A DNA stretch of 64,000 nucleotides from Heterodontus francisci. Lineage: Eukaryota. Under the pieces are notes generated by a model that did no database searches, had not been told where the DNA came from, and worked only from the letters and a program-made list of their open reading frames with translations. The stretch is taken from NCBI RefSeq assembly GCF_036365525.1, contig NC_090378.1, positions 98,638,116-98,702,115 of the forward strand, in the 5' to 3' direction. Made by a program: the position numbers and the translations under genes. Every line of letters starts with the position of its first letter. Position 1 is the first letter of the stretch. Below, in pieces: positions 1 through 12,417 of the stretch.

Positions 1-135
1 CGAGGAGGGTAAAAAGGATGGAAGGCCAGACAACAGAGCACTGTAATAGTAGAGTGTAGAGGAGGTGACAGACTTTCAGCAGCAGACAGGCTGAGGCAAT
101 GAAGATGAGCAATGTTAGAGGTGGAAGTTGGCAAT
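1..135 (-). mobile_element. L2-type LINE fragment (decayed)
   Basis: Resembles the antisense of the L2 ORF2 3' part common in sharks (tttcagcagcagacaggctgaggca...atgttagaggtggaa). Recognised by eye only. Confidence 0.5.
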
Positions 136-755
136 GTAATGAACAAAATCAGTGGAGGAGGGGGCGGCGGGTTAGACAGACTGTTGAGTTCTATTGAAGA
201 GGTGATCTATTGGATATGGTGCAAATGCACTGTATTTATGGATCCTATGAATTTTATCATGTTTCATTTTGGTTTAATAACATGTCTACATTCCAAGGAG
301 CAAAGTAGGTCACTAATTTCCTGTTGGCACCACATCTTTCGACAAATCACAAGTAAAGCCCGCTAAGCGATCCTTCTACCATTATATCCAAAATGCTGAC
401 AAAGGCATTTTTGTACAGTATTATATGCATGTTTGATAATCAAAACGTAAATATGAAAACTTTGTATATGTCTACAATTTGACTCGAGTTCAATAAATGC
501 GACAAATCCTCCTAGATTAAAAAGGTGAAAAAAAATTGTCCAGACAATCGCTGCAGTAAGCGATGATCTCTTATTGCCCGTTCAAATAGGACATGTAAAT
601 TAATTACATCCAAGCATAAAAACCTGAGTGACAGGAAAAGACCAGTTGGCCCATTGAGCCTGCCCCATAGACATGTGGTTGAGTATCATGACCTTCAGTG
701 CTCCCATTCAGAGAGACCTGATATGTTGCATTAGGTGCCAATGTACTCTTCTTAC

Positions 756-831
756 CTCCGCTTCACATTATCCCAAGCCATAGGGTAAAAACAGCAATAT
801 CCAGCATGTAAAGGTTTGTTTGGAACTGAAG
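756..831 (-). other. Candidate internal exon of an unidentified minus-strand transcript
   Basis: Minus strand: ttcacatttag| acceptor, gag|gtaaga donor, 76 nt. One frame is open (SVPNKPLHAGYCCFYPMAWDNVKR). No homology recognised. Confidence 0.35.
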
Positions 832-1294
832 CTAAATGTGAAACTAACCAAGCAGTTATCATTCTAAAGATACTCCAGAACAATGAAGTCAAGATATGTG
901 AATGCCTGCACCATTGTACAAAATCATCTTCATTTTGTTATAAGCTGTGAACAAGCGCCATATCCCCAACTTGGCTAGAAAAGTTCCCAGCCTTCTGATC
1001 ACAGCTTTCCAGAAAAACCAGGCCAGCTGCCCTCCCACTGTAGCATCGAATCACTTCTTAAATGAACTGCAAAAAAAAACCTGTCAAACATGTTGAAATG
1101 AAAAAGACACACATTCACAGGGCTTTAGATTGGCTGACGTTAGCACTTGTGACCAGTTGAGTTTCTTCAGCCCAAACAAAATTAAATATATTCGACAATA
1201 CACTTGCGAAGTTTACATCTGTTGATGAGACAGTGTCCCTTTGAATATGGATCCCCATACAAAACACCTCTTGGTATCAACTGCTCTCAGACTC

Positions 1295-3360
1295 TCTGAA
1301 ACAGGCCCTTTGGCCCTTCATGCCAATGCTGGCCATCAAGCAACTATCTCTTCTAGTCCCATTTTCCAGCACTTGGCCCATAGCCTTGTATGCTATGGCA
1401 TTTCAAGTGTGCATCTAAATACTTAAATGTTGAGGGTTCTTGCCTCTACCACCCATACAGGCAGTGTATTCCAGATTCCAACAACCCCCCGGGTGAATTT
1501 TTTTTTCCTCAAATCCCCTCTAAACATTCTGCCCTTGACCTTAAATCTATGCCTCCTGGTTATAGACACCAAGGGAAAAAGTTTCTTCCCATCTACCCTA
1601 TGCCCCTCAATTTTGTATACCTCAATCAGGTCCCCCCTCAGCATTCTCTGCTCTAAGGAAAATAACCCGAGCCTATCCAGTCTCTCTTCCCAGCTGAAAT
1701 GCTCCAGCCCAGGCAACATCCTGGCAAATCTCCTCTACACCCTCTCCACTGTAATCACATCCTTCCTATAGTGTGGCAACCAGAACTGTACATAATACAA
1801 GAGCTGTGGTTTAACTAACGTTTTATACAGCTCCATCATAACCTCCCTGCTCTTACATTCTATGCCTCGGCTAATAAAGACAAGTATCCCATATGCCTTC
1901 CTAAACACCTTATCTACTTGTGCTGCTGCCTTCAGTGATCTATGGCCATGGACACCAAGGTCCCTCTAACCGTCTGTACTTCCTAGGGTCCTACCATCCA
2001 CTGTATATTCCTTTGCCTTGTTAGTCCTCCCAAAATGAATCATCTCACACTTCAGGATTAAATTCCATTTGCCACTGCTCCGCCCATCTTACCAGCCTAT
2101 CTATATTGTCCTGTAATCTAAGGCTTTCCTCCTCACTATTTACGACACCACCAATTTTCGTGTCATCTGCGAACTTACTGATCATACCTCCTGTATTCAC
2201 ATCTAAATCATTAATATACACTACAAACAGCAAGGGTCCCAGCACCAATCCCTGCGGTACACCACTAGTCACAGGCTTCCACTTGCAAAAACAACCCTCA
2301 ACCATCACCCTCTGCCTCCTTCCACAAAGCCAATTTTGGATCCAATTTGCCAAACTGCCTTGGATCCCATGGGCTCTCACCTTCTCTTAACCAATCTCCC
2401 ATGCGGGACCTTAACAAAAGCCATACTGAAGTCCATGTAAAATAAAAGCAAAATACTGCGGATGCTGGAAATCTGAAACAAAAACAAGGAATGCTGGATT
2501 CACTCAGCAGGTCTGGCAGCATCTGTGGAAAGAGAAGCAGAGTTAACGTTTCGGGTCAGTGACCCTTCTTCGGAAGTTCCGAAGAAGGGTCACTGACCCG
2601 AAACGTTAACTCTGCTTCTCTTTCCACAGATGCTGCCAGATCTGCTGAGTGAATCCAGCATTCCTTGTTTTTGTTTCTGAAGTCCATGTAGATGACATCA
2701 ACTGCTTTACCCTCATCTGCACATCTAGTTACCTCCTCGAAAAATTCAATCAAATTTGTTAGACATGATCTCCTCCCAACAAAGCCAGGCTGACTATCCC
2801 TGATTAATCCCTGCCTCTCCAAGTGTAGATTAAGCCTGTCCCTCAATTTTTTCCAATAGTTTCCCTACCACTAATGTTGGACTCACTGGCCTGTAATTAC
2901 CTGGTTTATCCCTGCTACCCTCGAACAATGGTATCACATTCACTGTCCTCTAGTCCCTCTCCTGTGGCCAGAGAGGATTTGAAAATTTTTAATCAGGGCC
3001 CCTGCAATCTCCTCCCTTGCCTCACATTAACAGCCTGGGATACATCTCGTCTGGGCCTGGGGATTTATCCACTTTTAAAGACTGCTAAAACCTCCTCCCT
3101 TTCAATACTAATTTGTTTGAGTATATCCACCTCCCTAATCTCTACATCGTCCTTCTTCATAGTAAACACAGATGAAAAGTAATCATTTAAAACCTCACTT
3201 ATGCCCTCCAGCTCCAGAGGTTGCCACTTTTAGGGACCTAATGGGCCCTACTCTTTCCCTGGTTATCTTCTTACCCTTAATATACTTATAAAACGCCTCC
3301 GGATTTTCCTTTACCTTGCCTGCCAGTGTCTTTTCACGCCCCTCTTCACACTCCTAATTA
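1295..3360 (-). mobile_element. CR1 (HER1-like) LINE, 5'-truncated ORF2 RT/C-terminal remnant
   Basis: ORF pieces [60 protein letters not shown]. Interrupted by the insertion at 2440-2676. Confidence 0.9.
2440..2676. mobile_element. Penelope-like element end inserted as a fold-back (inverted) dimer
   Basis: 14-bp TSD ctgaagtccatgta (2426-2439, 2677-2690). Inverted arms 2475-2575 and 2577-2677 with one mismatch. Sequence matches the 3' end of the Penelope-like copy at 57063-57718. Confidence 0.85.
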
Positions 3361-4724
3361 CTTTTTTTTTTTAAGTACAGCACACCACAGATAAAATGCT
3401 GTATCAGCTAGAGTGCTGAGTGCACATCCTGGTGGATTTAATGATCCCAAAAAGGAACATGTCTTCTAAAGCAGCTACTAGATAAGCACAACAGCTCACA
3501 ATACTAACAAGGTAGATCAAACAAGTGATCACAGGACTCCTGGAACAAGTGATAAACATAAGTAGAAATTGCAGACAAAAACGTAGGGAAAACGAATGAC
3601 ATATCCGATCAAGGAGAAATCACAACTAGAGTAATATGCTCACTTCCTGGGGAGCACAAACAGCAAGGAGGCCAACTTAAATATGGTTATAATTTTGTTT
3701 TTGTAAAGTATGTAACTGAAAGAGACTTTAGTTCACCAAAATTAAAAAAGGATGGCAAATTTCCCAATTACTTAATACTATAGCTGTAACACCATTAAAA
3801 TCTGCACTAATCTACATTAAAAACATCTCCCCATCCCCCCATCGCCACCACAAACTGGCAACCTACATTGTTTCATAGCTATCACGCAAAGCTATTCACC
3901 AGCTACAACAACGAGGGCTCTTCAGCTGCCCAGCACATGGTCACATGGCAGGGGTCCCATGCTGATTCTCTGCACGAATCTTCAGAATGACTGGAGGAAG
4001 AAGCCAACTGCTGCCCACCACCAACTTTTGTTCAAATAAATGGCACAACTGCAGTCAGATTACTAAACAAGCAACTCTATGCCCGGCTGTTCCCAGGAAA
4101 AATGCACAGCAAGCAAATTCAACTAAACTGGAGATGATTCACTCTTGGTAAATCAAGACAAAACCAAAGAGCTTATTAAACTGTTGCTCTCTATTGAAAC
4201 CACGCAACCACATCCTTGTTCTTCTTTTGGGAAATAAATCAGATCAAAAACAAACATTATTTTGTTTACAACACAATAAATGAACTTTCTGAATCACCAC
4301 CAGCCCCATTCTAATGAATGAAATAATTAATTATTGCACAAATCAATCCCAAGTGGAACAATTTGTGCTATCGTGGGTACAACTCTAAAGCAAGGTTATA
4401 CTCATATGCGCACACAGGATTGCCCATGTAGACACTCGTGGCAAATCAGATGATACACTGTTTAATTGTACATAACGCATAATTGACCTGGAGTGCATGA
4501 TTTTGACCCAGCTAACAGCAGAATTGAATAAAATACAGCAAACAATTGTAGGACTTTAAGTACAAATGAATTGCTGCCCATCATAACACTGGAGTTTGTG
4601 ACTTTTTGCATTGTTACCCCCCCCCCCCACCCCCACTCTTCCTTGCAAATGAGCACTAGGAGCAATTGTAATATCTCAATGAGCTCATAATTCTTCCACA
4701 GACCAGGGTTCAAAAATTGCTCCG

Positions 4725-5044
4725 TTTGTTTTATTTATTTTTATTTAGAGATACAGCACTGAAACAGGCCCTTCGGCCCACCGAGTCTGTGCCGACCAAC
4801 AACCACCCATTTATACTAACCAGACAGTAAATCCCATATTTTCCCATCACCTCCCTACACTAGGGGCAATTTACAACGGCCAATTTACCCACCACCTGCA
4901 AGTCTTTGGCATGTGGGAGGAAACCGGAGCACCCGGCGAAAACCCACACAGACACTGAGAACTTGCAAACTCCGCACAGGCAGTACCCGGAATTGAACCC
5001 GGGTCTCTGGAGCTGTGAGGCTGCGGTGCTAACCACTGCGCCAT
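4725..5044 (-). mobile_element. tRNA-derived V-SINE (HE1-like)
   Basis: A box (ggcgcagtggttagc), B box (gggttcaattcc), V-domain (gtttgcaagttc...gggtgctccggtttcctccc), CR1-like tail ending gtgctgtatctctaaataaa. Confidence 0.9.
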
Positions 5045-5835
5045 CCAACAACCCATAGCTCATATACCCATTCAGCCATTTAGGGTGCATCTGGTGGAGT
5101 TTAGTTAGTTTTACCAGATTAGAACACTTAAAAAGTGAAATCAGAAAGCATTCCCCTCACCCACCCCACCCCCCTCAAAAAAAAGGGTTGTAGAGTCAGT
5201 CATTGCAGCACAGGAGGCAGCCATTGGACCCCATCATGTCCATGCAGGCTCTCTGTAGTAAACAATTTTCAAATTTCTCAAACATTTTTAAACTTACAGC
5301 ACTTACTGGACATAAATTTCCAAACTAGCATAAAGAAACAGGACACAAAAGACTGGATAATATTAAATACTTTGAGTGACAAGATGGCTCCCACATTAAT
5401 ACAAAAACAAAATAACTGCAGATGTGGGAAATTTGAAAAGGTTTGCAGGGGCTGGGAGTGTCAGTTAAAAAAAAAAATGCTATTTGCTTGTATTAATGAA
5501 GTGGTATCATTTTTAGCCCAAAAATGTGGGCCCCTTGACTACAGTGCTTTCCAACTGTGAGGCTTCTTCCAACATCAGCAGGTCAGTTTTTCACAGGACT
5601 TGAAAGCCATCTTCCTACAGATTGGGGATCTGTTTACACTACACTGGATCAGTCTTGCTGGCCCCAGCTTCCTGCAGAGGAAGTGGAAAAAGGGGGTTGC
5701 AGTCGATGTAATAATCAGCTCGTCAGACCTCCCAGTGATATACTCTGCTCACTATGCGTGATGTTAATGCAGAGCCAACATTGTTAGACTGTTACTTGGT
5801 AGTAGAGAGGAGACCGAACAAACTGGATTTCCTAC

Positions 5836-5861
5836 CAGGAGAAAAATCACCGGATTGTAGT
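5836..5861 (-). other. Candidate micro-exon (26 nt) of an unidentified transcript
   Basis: Minus strand: tatattttgtttacag| acceptor, ctg|gtagga donor. Phase-compatible with the candidates at 6312-6390 and 756-831. Confidence 0.25.
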
Positions 5862-6311
5862 CTGTAAACAAAATATAAATCACAAAGGATGCTTAAGGAA
5901 ATGAATGCTTATAATAGGATACAAGCCTCAAGTTGAACAATTTGTCCATACACAAACGTCAAAGGTCATTAATTTTTATTACATAAACAGATCTTAGTAC
6001 ATTAAACTACTGCATTTGTGCATAGCCTGTGGCAGAGTTAAAAGATTAATGCCCTTCTCAAAAATATGTTTGTCTAAAAAATTCTCCTAAAAAAAAGTGA
6101 AAATTTGTTTTATGCTACATTTAGTTTAAACATAAAAGAGAAAACAAAAAGGAGATACTTGAAATTGAAAAGGGAATTGCCCAGCCCATGCAACACGAAG
6201 CAGGTGTCGAGATGGGAAAGCCAGTGTGTTTGCATTAATATTTAGCTCTAGGTTAGTTTTCTGACAAACTTTAATCTGCATATTGGGCCAATAAGCTTGT
6301 GAAACTCTCAC

Positions 6312-6390
6312 CTCATCCCACCACTATGGTCATCAGCATTGCACCTTTGTATTACCCAGCTCATAACCCAAATCTGGATGGATACATTTT
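6312..6390 (-). other. Candidate internal exon of an unidentified transcript
   Basis: Minus strand: tgtttcctttttag| acceptor, gag|gtgaga donor, 79 nt. One frame is open (NVSIQIWVMSWVIQRCNADDHSGGM). Confidence 0.35.
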
Positions 6391-6497
6391 CTAAAAAGGA
6401 AACATTTACTGCTGGTTAATTTCCTCCCCTCTACCCACAGGTCAAACAGGCACTGTCAGAAAGTAATCATGTTACATAATTATATTCTGTTGAAATT

Positions 6498-7650
6498 GGG
6501 GCACAGTAGCAGAATGGTAATGTTACTGGAATAGTCCAGAGGCCCAAACTAACTCTGGTGACTAGTTTAAATCACACCATGGCAGCTGCAGGAATTAAAA
6601 AATTCAATAAAGTAATAAATCTGGAATAAAATTTTAGTCTCAATAATGATTATGAAACTACTGGATTGTCATAAAAACACAACTGGTTCACTAATTTCCT
6701 TCAGGGGAGGAAATCTGCCATCCTTCCACAGTCTGGCCTACATCTGGCTCCAGGCCCACAGCAACGTGGTCGACTCTTAACTGCCCTCTGAAATGGCCTA
6801 GAAAGCCATGGAGTTGTATCAAAATGCCATAGGAAAGTTGAATAAAACTGGACGGACCACCTATCATCGGCCTAGGCACTGGAAACAAAGGCACATACTG
6901 CCCAGTCAATCCTGCAAAGTCCTCCTCACTAGCATCTGGGGACTTGTGCCAAAATTGAGAGCGCTGTCCTACAGACTAATCAAGCAACAGCCTGACAGTC
7001 ATACTCACCAAATCATACAGCCAATCCCTCAGACTCCTTCACCACCATCCCTGGCTATTTCCTGTCCCACTGGCAGGACAGACAAGAAGTAGTGGCACAG
7101 TGGTATACAGTCAGAGGGAATGGCCCTGGGGAGACTTCAACATGGACTCCAGATCGTACAACGTCTCAAGGAATCAGGTCAAGAAAACCTTCTGCCTTCC
7201 TTCAGCTGATGAATTAGTGCTCCTCAATGTTGATCACCACTTGGAAGAAGCATCGAGGGTAACAAAGGCATAGAATGTACTCTGGACTGGGGACTTCAAC
7301 ATCCAATGAAAGTGGCTCAGCAACACCACTACTGACTGAGCCCTGAAGGACATATTCACCAGACTGTGCCAATGGCACATGGTGAGAGAACCAAGAGGAA
7401 ATCTACATTTTGCAGATGCATCTGTTCATGACAGTGTTGGTAGGAGTGGCCACCGCACGGTCCTTATAGAGACAAAGTCTCACCTTCATACAGAGGACAC
7501 CCTAAAAGAACAAGGATAGCAGGCGCATGGGACCACACCACCTGCAAGTTCCCCACCTTCCTGACCTGGAAATATATTGCCATTCCTTCAGTGTCAGAGG
7601 CAAAATCCTGGAGCTCCCTCCTTAACAGTACTATGGGTGTACCCACACCA
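6498..7650 (+). mobile_element. LINE family B copy with tRNA-like 5' head, internally deleted
   Basis: Head ggggcacagtagcagaatggtaatgttactgg, then the core ctggttcactaat...gaaatggcctag, then an APE endonuclease start (VLLTSIWGLVPKL..LSYRLIKQQPD; GDFN motif at about 7290). Joined at about 7500 to the family's 3' region. Confidence 0.75.
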
Positions 7651-7654
7651 CAAG

Positions 7655-10600
7655 AACAGCTCCTGACATGCTTTCCTGCACTCCTTAGTGAACCAGGGCT
7701 GGTCCCCTGACTTGATGGTAATGACAGAGTGAGGGATATACCAGGCCATGAGGTTACTGATTGTTGTGGAATACAATTCTACGGGTGATGGCCCATGGAT
7801 GCCCAGCTTTGGGCTGCTAGATCTGATCTCAATCTGTCCCATTCAGCATGGTGGTGTTGCCAGACAACAGGGAGGGTGTCCTCAGTGTGATCACAGATAG
7901 TTGCATCCGCTACAGGTAGATTGGTGAGCAATAGGTTTTTCCCTCTTGTTACTTCTCACATCTGCTGCAGGCCCAGTTTGGCAGATATGTCCTTCAGGTC
8001 TCTGCCAGCTTAGTCAGTAGTGATGCTACCGAGCCACTCCATGATGGGCATTGAAGTCTCCCATCCAGAGTACATCCTCTGCCCTTGCTACTCTCAGTGC
8101 CTCTTCAACATGGAGGATTACTGACTCATATGCTGAGAGAGGGCAATAGGTGGTAATCAGAAGATTTATTTGCTCATAGAAATTATAGAAATAGAATCAA
8201 GAAAGTTTAAGGCACAGAAAGAGGCCACTTGGCCCATTGTGTCGGTGCCAACTGAAAAATGATCCACCTATTCTAATCCCACCTTCCAGAATTTGGTCCG
8301 TAGCCCTGTAGCTTACAACCCTTGAGGTGCATAACCAGATTCCTTTTGAATGAATTGAGGGTCTCTGCCTCAAATACCCTTTCAGGCAGTGAGTTCCAGA
8401 CCCCCACCACCCTCTGGGGAAAAAAAAGTTTTTCCTCATCTCCCCTCTAATTTTTCTACCACTTTAAATCTATGCCCCCTCTGCTAAAGGTGAATAGACC
8501 CTTCACCTCCACTCTATCCAGGCCCCTCAAGATTTTGTACATTTCAATCAGATCTCCCCTCAGCCTTCTCTGTTCCAAAGAGAACAACCCCAGCCTATCC
8601 AATCTTTCCTCATAGCTGTATTTTTCCAGTCCTGGCAACATCCTTGTAAATCTCCTCTGTACCCTCTCTCGTACAATTGCATCCTGTTAGGAGGTGACCA
8701 GAACTGCACACAATACTCAAGTTGTGACCTAACCAATGAGTTATACAGTTCCAGCACAAACTCCCTGCTCTTATATTCTGTACCTCAGCTAATAAAGGAA
8801 AGGATTCCATATGCCTTTTTAACCTGCCCCGCTACCTTCAGGGATCTCTGGACATTCACTCCAAGGTCCCTCACTTCCTCTGCACTTCAGTATTTTCCCA
8901 TTAATTGTGTATTCTTTGGCCTTGTTTAACCTCCCCAAATGCATCACCTCACACTGCTCCAAGTTTGAATTCCATTTGCCACTTTTCTGCCCATCTGACC
9001 AGACCATCAATAATCTTCCTGCAGCCTACAGCTATCCACCATATGGCCAATTTTTGTGTCGTCCACAAACTTCTTGATCATGCCCCCTACACTTAAGTCC
9101 AAATCATTAATATATACCACAAAAAGCAGGGGACCCAGTACAGAGTCCTGCAGAACGCCACTGGAAACAGCCCCCAGTTGCAAAAACAGCCGTCAATTAC
9201 CCTTTTTTTCTGCCACTGAGCCAATTTTGTATCCACCTTGCTGCATTTCCCTGGATCCCATAGGATTTTATTTTTTATTTTTATTAAAAAGTCTGCCATG
9301 TGGGACCTAGTCAAAAGCCTTGCTAAAATCCATGTAGACCACATCAACTGCACTACCCTCATCTGTCTTCCTTGTTACCTCTTCAAAAAATTAAAATCAA
9401 GTTGATCAAACAAGATCTTCCCTTAACAAATCCATGCTGACTATCTGATTAACCTGGTCCTTTCCAAGTGACAGTTTATCCTGTCTCAGAATAGCTCTCA
9501 ATCATTTTCCCACTACTGAGGTTAGACTGACTGGCCTGTAATTTTTCAGTCTATCCTTCGCTCCCTTTTTAAAACAGAGGTACAACGTTAGCAATTCTCC
9601 AATCCTACGGCACCACACCTGTATCCAGTGAGGATTGGAAAATGATGGTCAGACCCTCTGCTATTTCCTCTCTTGCTTCTTTAACAGCTTAGGATACATT
9701 TCATCTGGCCCTGGTGATTTATCAATTTTCAAGGATGCTAATCCCATTAATACTTCCGCTCTCCCAATGTTTATCACATCCAACACTTCACACTCTTCCT
9801 CCTTAACTACAATATCTGCATTGCCCCTATCTTTTGTGAAGACAGATACAAAGTATTCATTGAGAACAATGCCAACATCTACCCCTACACATAGGTTACC
9901 TTCTTGGCCTTTTATGTGCCCTACTCTCCTTAGTTGTCCTCTTACTTTTAATGTTTCGATAAAACATCTTTGGGTTCACCTTGATTTTCCTTGCCAATAT
10001 TCTTTCATGCCCTCTCTGCTTTCCTAATTTCCTTTTTGATTTCACTCCTCCACTTTTTAATACTCTTCTCGGCTTTCTATAGCCTGTTTGATCTGGGCTC
10101 TGGAGTCAATGTTGAGGTCTCCCAAAGCCACTCCTTCCTGACTATATACCACTGCCACCATCTCTGGTGGCTCTGTCCTGCCAGTGGGAAAGGACATAGC
10201 CAGGGATAGTGATGGAGGAGTCTGGGACATTGGCTGTAAAGGTATGATTTGGTATGACTAAGTCAGACTGTTGCTTGATTAGTCTGTGGGAGAGCTGTCT
10301 CCATTTTGGCAGAAGTCCCCAGATGTTAGTGAGGAGAACTTTGCAGGGTTGACTGGGCAGAGTCTGCCTTTGCTTCCAGTGCCTAAGTCAATGTCGGGTA
10401 GTCTGTCCAGTTTCAGCCTTCATTGATATTTTTGTAGCAGTTTGATAGAACTGAGGGGCTGGTTAGGCCATTTCAGAGGGCAGTTGAGAGTCAACCACAT
10501 TGACTCCAGACCCACAGCACATAGTCCAGACCGGGAAAGGAGAGCAGATTTCCTCCTCTGAACGGCCTTAGGTGAACTAGATGGGTTTTTACAATAATTC

Positions 10601-10762
10601 AGTAGTTTCATGGTCACCATTACGGAGACTAGCTTTTAATTCCAAAATTACTTGAAGTTAAATTCCTGCAGCTGCCATGATAGGATTTGAATTGCTGTCT
10701 CTGGAACATTAGTCCAGGCCTCTGGATTACTAGACCAGTAACACTGTCATGCTGCCGTTCCC
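7655..10762 (-). mobile_element. LINE family B copy with tRNA-like 5' head, split by a CR1 (pieces 7655-8175 and 10078-10762)
   Basis: Head at 10676-10762 (ctggtctagtaatccag stem-loop; aattcaaatcc B-box-like), same core and endonuclease start. Continues beyond the CR1 with WYIPHSVITIKSGDQPWF. Confidence 0.75.
8177..10075 (-). mobile_element. CR1 LINE, 5'-truncated
   Basis: [39 protein letters not shown]; (atagaa)-type tail at 8177-8200. Confidence 0.9.
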
Positions 10763-11612
10763 TTGTGCAGCAAGGTTGGTAGATTGTCATCTATTTCACA
10801 CTGCAGGATTTACAATGAAGCACATTGGGTTGTTTCCCACATTGGAGTAGGTGCAGCTGTTGTCATCAAAACAAGCAAGTCAATTAAAAGCCACTTTGCA
10901 GATGACAGAAAGCCAAATCTTCTACAACATCTGCAACGGACAGATCACAAATGACTCCTCAGTGTCCGGACCCAGACATTTCAGGTGAGATATAGTAACA
11001 GTCTCTTATTACATCAACAAACACACAGCAAACTACTCTGGATTGATAGATCAAAACTTTACAACAGCTCAATAGAATATCGAAGACGATTGTGGCAGTG
11101 GTCTGGAAAGTTCGATTTTAAAAGCACATATCGTTCACATTCAATGCTGGGCTCTGAAAAAGGAAAAGGCGACTGAAAATAAATCAGATATCTGACTGAG
11201 ATTAGTCCACGAGGGAATATATTCACTAGAAATACCCAAATATTGCTTTTCCTCGTACTACAATACAGTTTCACAGGAAACAGTTTCCAATATCAACCAA
11301 TAAGGCCCAAGTGATCTTGGACAGTGGAAATCAGGCCAGCTGGGCTGCAACACGAGTGGGTTTCCTGGCCAACTTTCTTCTCCCTAACCCAGAGATGCAG
11401 AGACCAATTCCAGTACTTTTATTGCCTTTTCAGTGGACAGTAGCTAACTCAGCAGACACTGGGCCTCTGTAGCCTGTATGGCTCCTTTCCCTACTCTGAA
11501 GTGCCTTAGTATGTTTCTCTACATTAAATGGTGCTAAATAATTGCAAGTTGTCGTCGCTCACTGGATAACCCTCCCAAGATGGAAGCTTAGGTGGAAACA
11601 CTCCAACATTTT

Positions 11613-11850
11613 TCATCTCAGGATGTCCCAAAGCACTTTACAGCCAATGAAATACTTTTTGAAGTGTAGTCATTAAATGTAGGAAACACCAGTCAATTTA
11701 TGCCCAGCAAGGTCCCACTAAGAACAATGAAATAATGACCAGTTCATCTGATTTTTTTTTTTAAAGGTGTTGGTTGAGGACAAGATGCTTCCCTGCTCGT
11801 CCATCAAATCGTGCCCTGGGATCTTTTATGCCCTCCTGAGAGCATGAACG
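11613..11850 (-). mobile_element. DeuSINE (SacSINE1-like) 3' half
   Basis: Antisense of ctggtcattatt...cttcaaaaagtatttcattggctgtaaagtgctttgggacatcctgag, shared with the other DeuSINE copies in the window. Confidence 0.7.
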
Positions 11851-12400
11851 AAAATAAACTTTGAAACAGTAGAGACTGAAATTAACAGTATAAATGCAGC
11901 TTGGAGAAATAAAACTTAATTATCTACTCTCCAAATCCTGCCTCAAAAAGTGGCACGAGATTAGTGTAAGGATTGCTTTGAAATAAAAAGGCATCAGTGC
12001 AGCTATGGAATGACAGGGCCTCCAGGAGGGGAACCTGACTGAAAGGCAACAACAGTGCAGGATTTTGAATCGACAGACACTAACTACAGGCAACAGACTT
12101 CCCAAGTAGAAGACTGCAGGAGCAAGATATTTGCAACTTGCCAGACAAGTGATTCATCTCACACTGACATAATGGCTAGATTCTTTATGGCTGTGCAATT
12201 ATTGCAATAACGTGAATCAGTATCCTCAGGTAGGTGTTTTCTCCTCCCTCAATACCCTTATGTCATGCATTTCGTTTAGTGTACTTTATGCTGAACGATC
12301 GCCCCACCTTTCAACTGAAGACCACCAACCTGGCATTCAATGTTTATATACTGCCGTGAGCATGGCAAATTGCACACAAATTGTACATCTCAATGAACTG

Positions 12401-12417
12401 CTGGCGCCATCTGGCGC
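12401..12417 (-). promoter_or_regulatory. Candidate CTCF site
   Basis: Minus strand gcgccagatggcgccag closely matches the CTCF core. It lies in non-repeat DNA and retains its CpGs. Confidence 0.4.

Noticed and set aside
2440-2676. miRNA precursor or DNA-transposon MITE
   Set aside because: The arms are Penelope 3' ends, the palindrome is asymmetric within the insertion, and TSD length varies (12-15 bp) among copies, which points to retrotransposition.
10902-11153. Further exon candidates (plus 10902-10984; minus acceptor at about 11154)
   Set aside because: No partner exons or recognisable peptide, and the minus candidate has only a weak donor.
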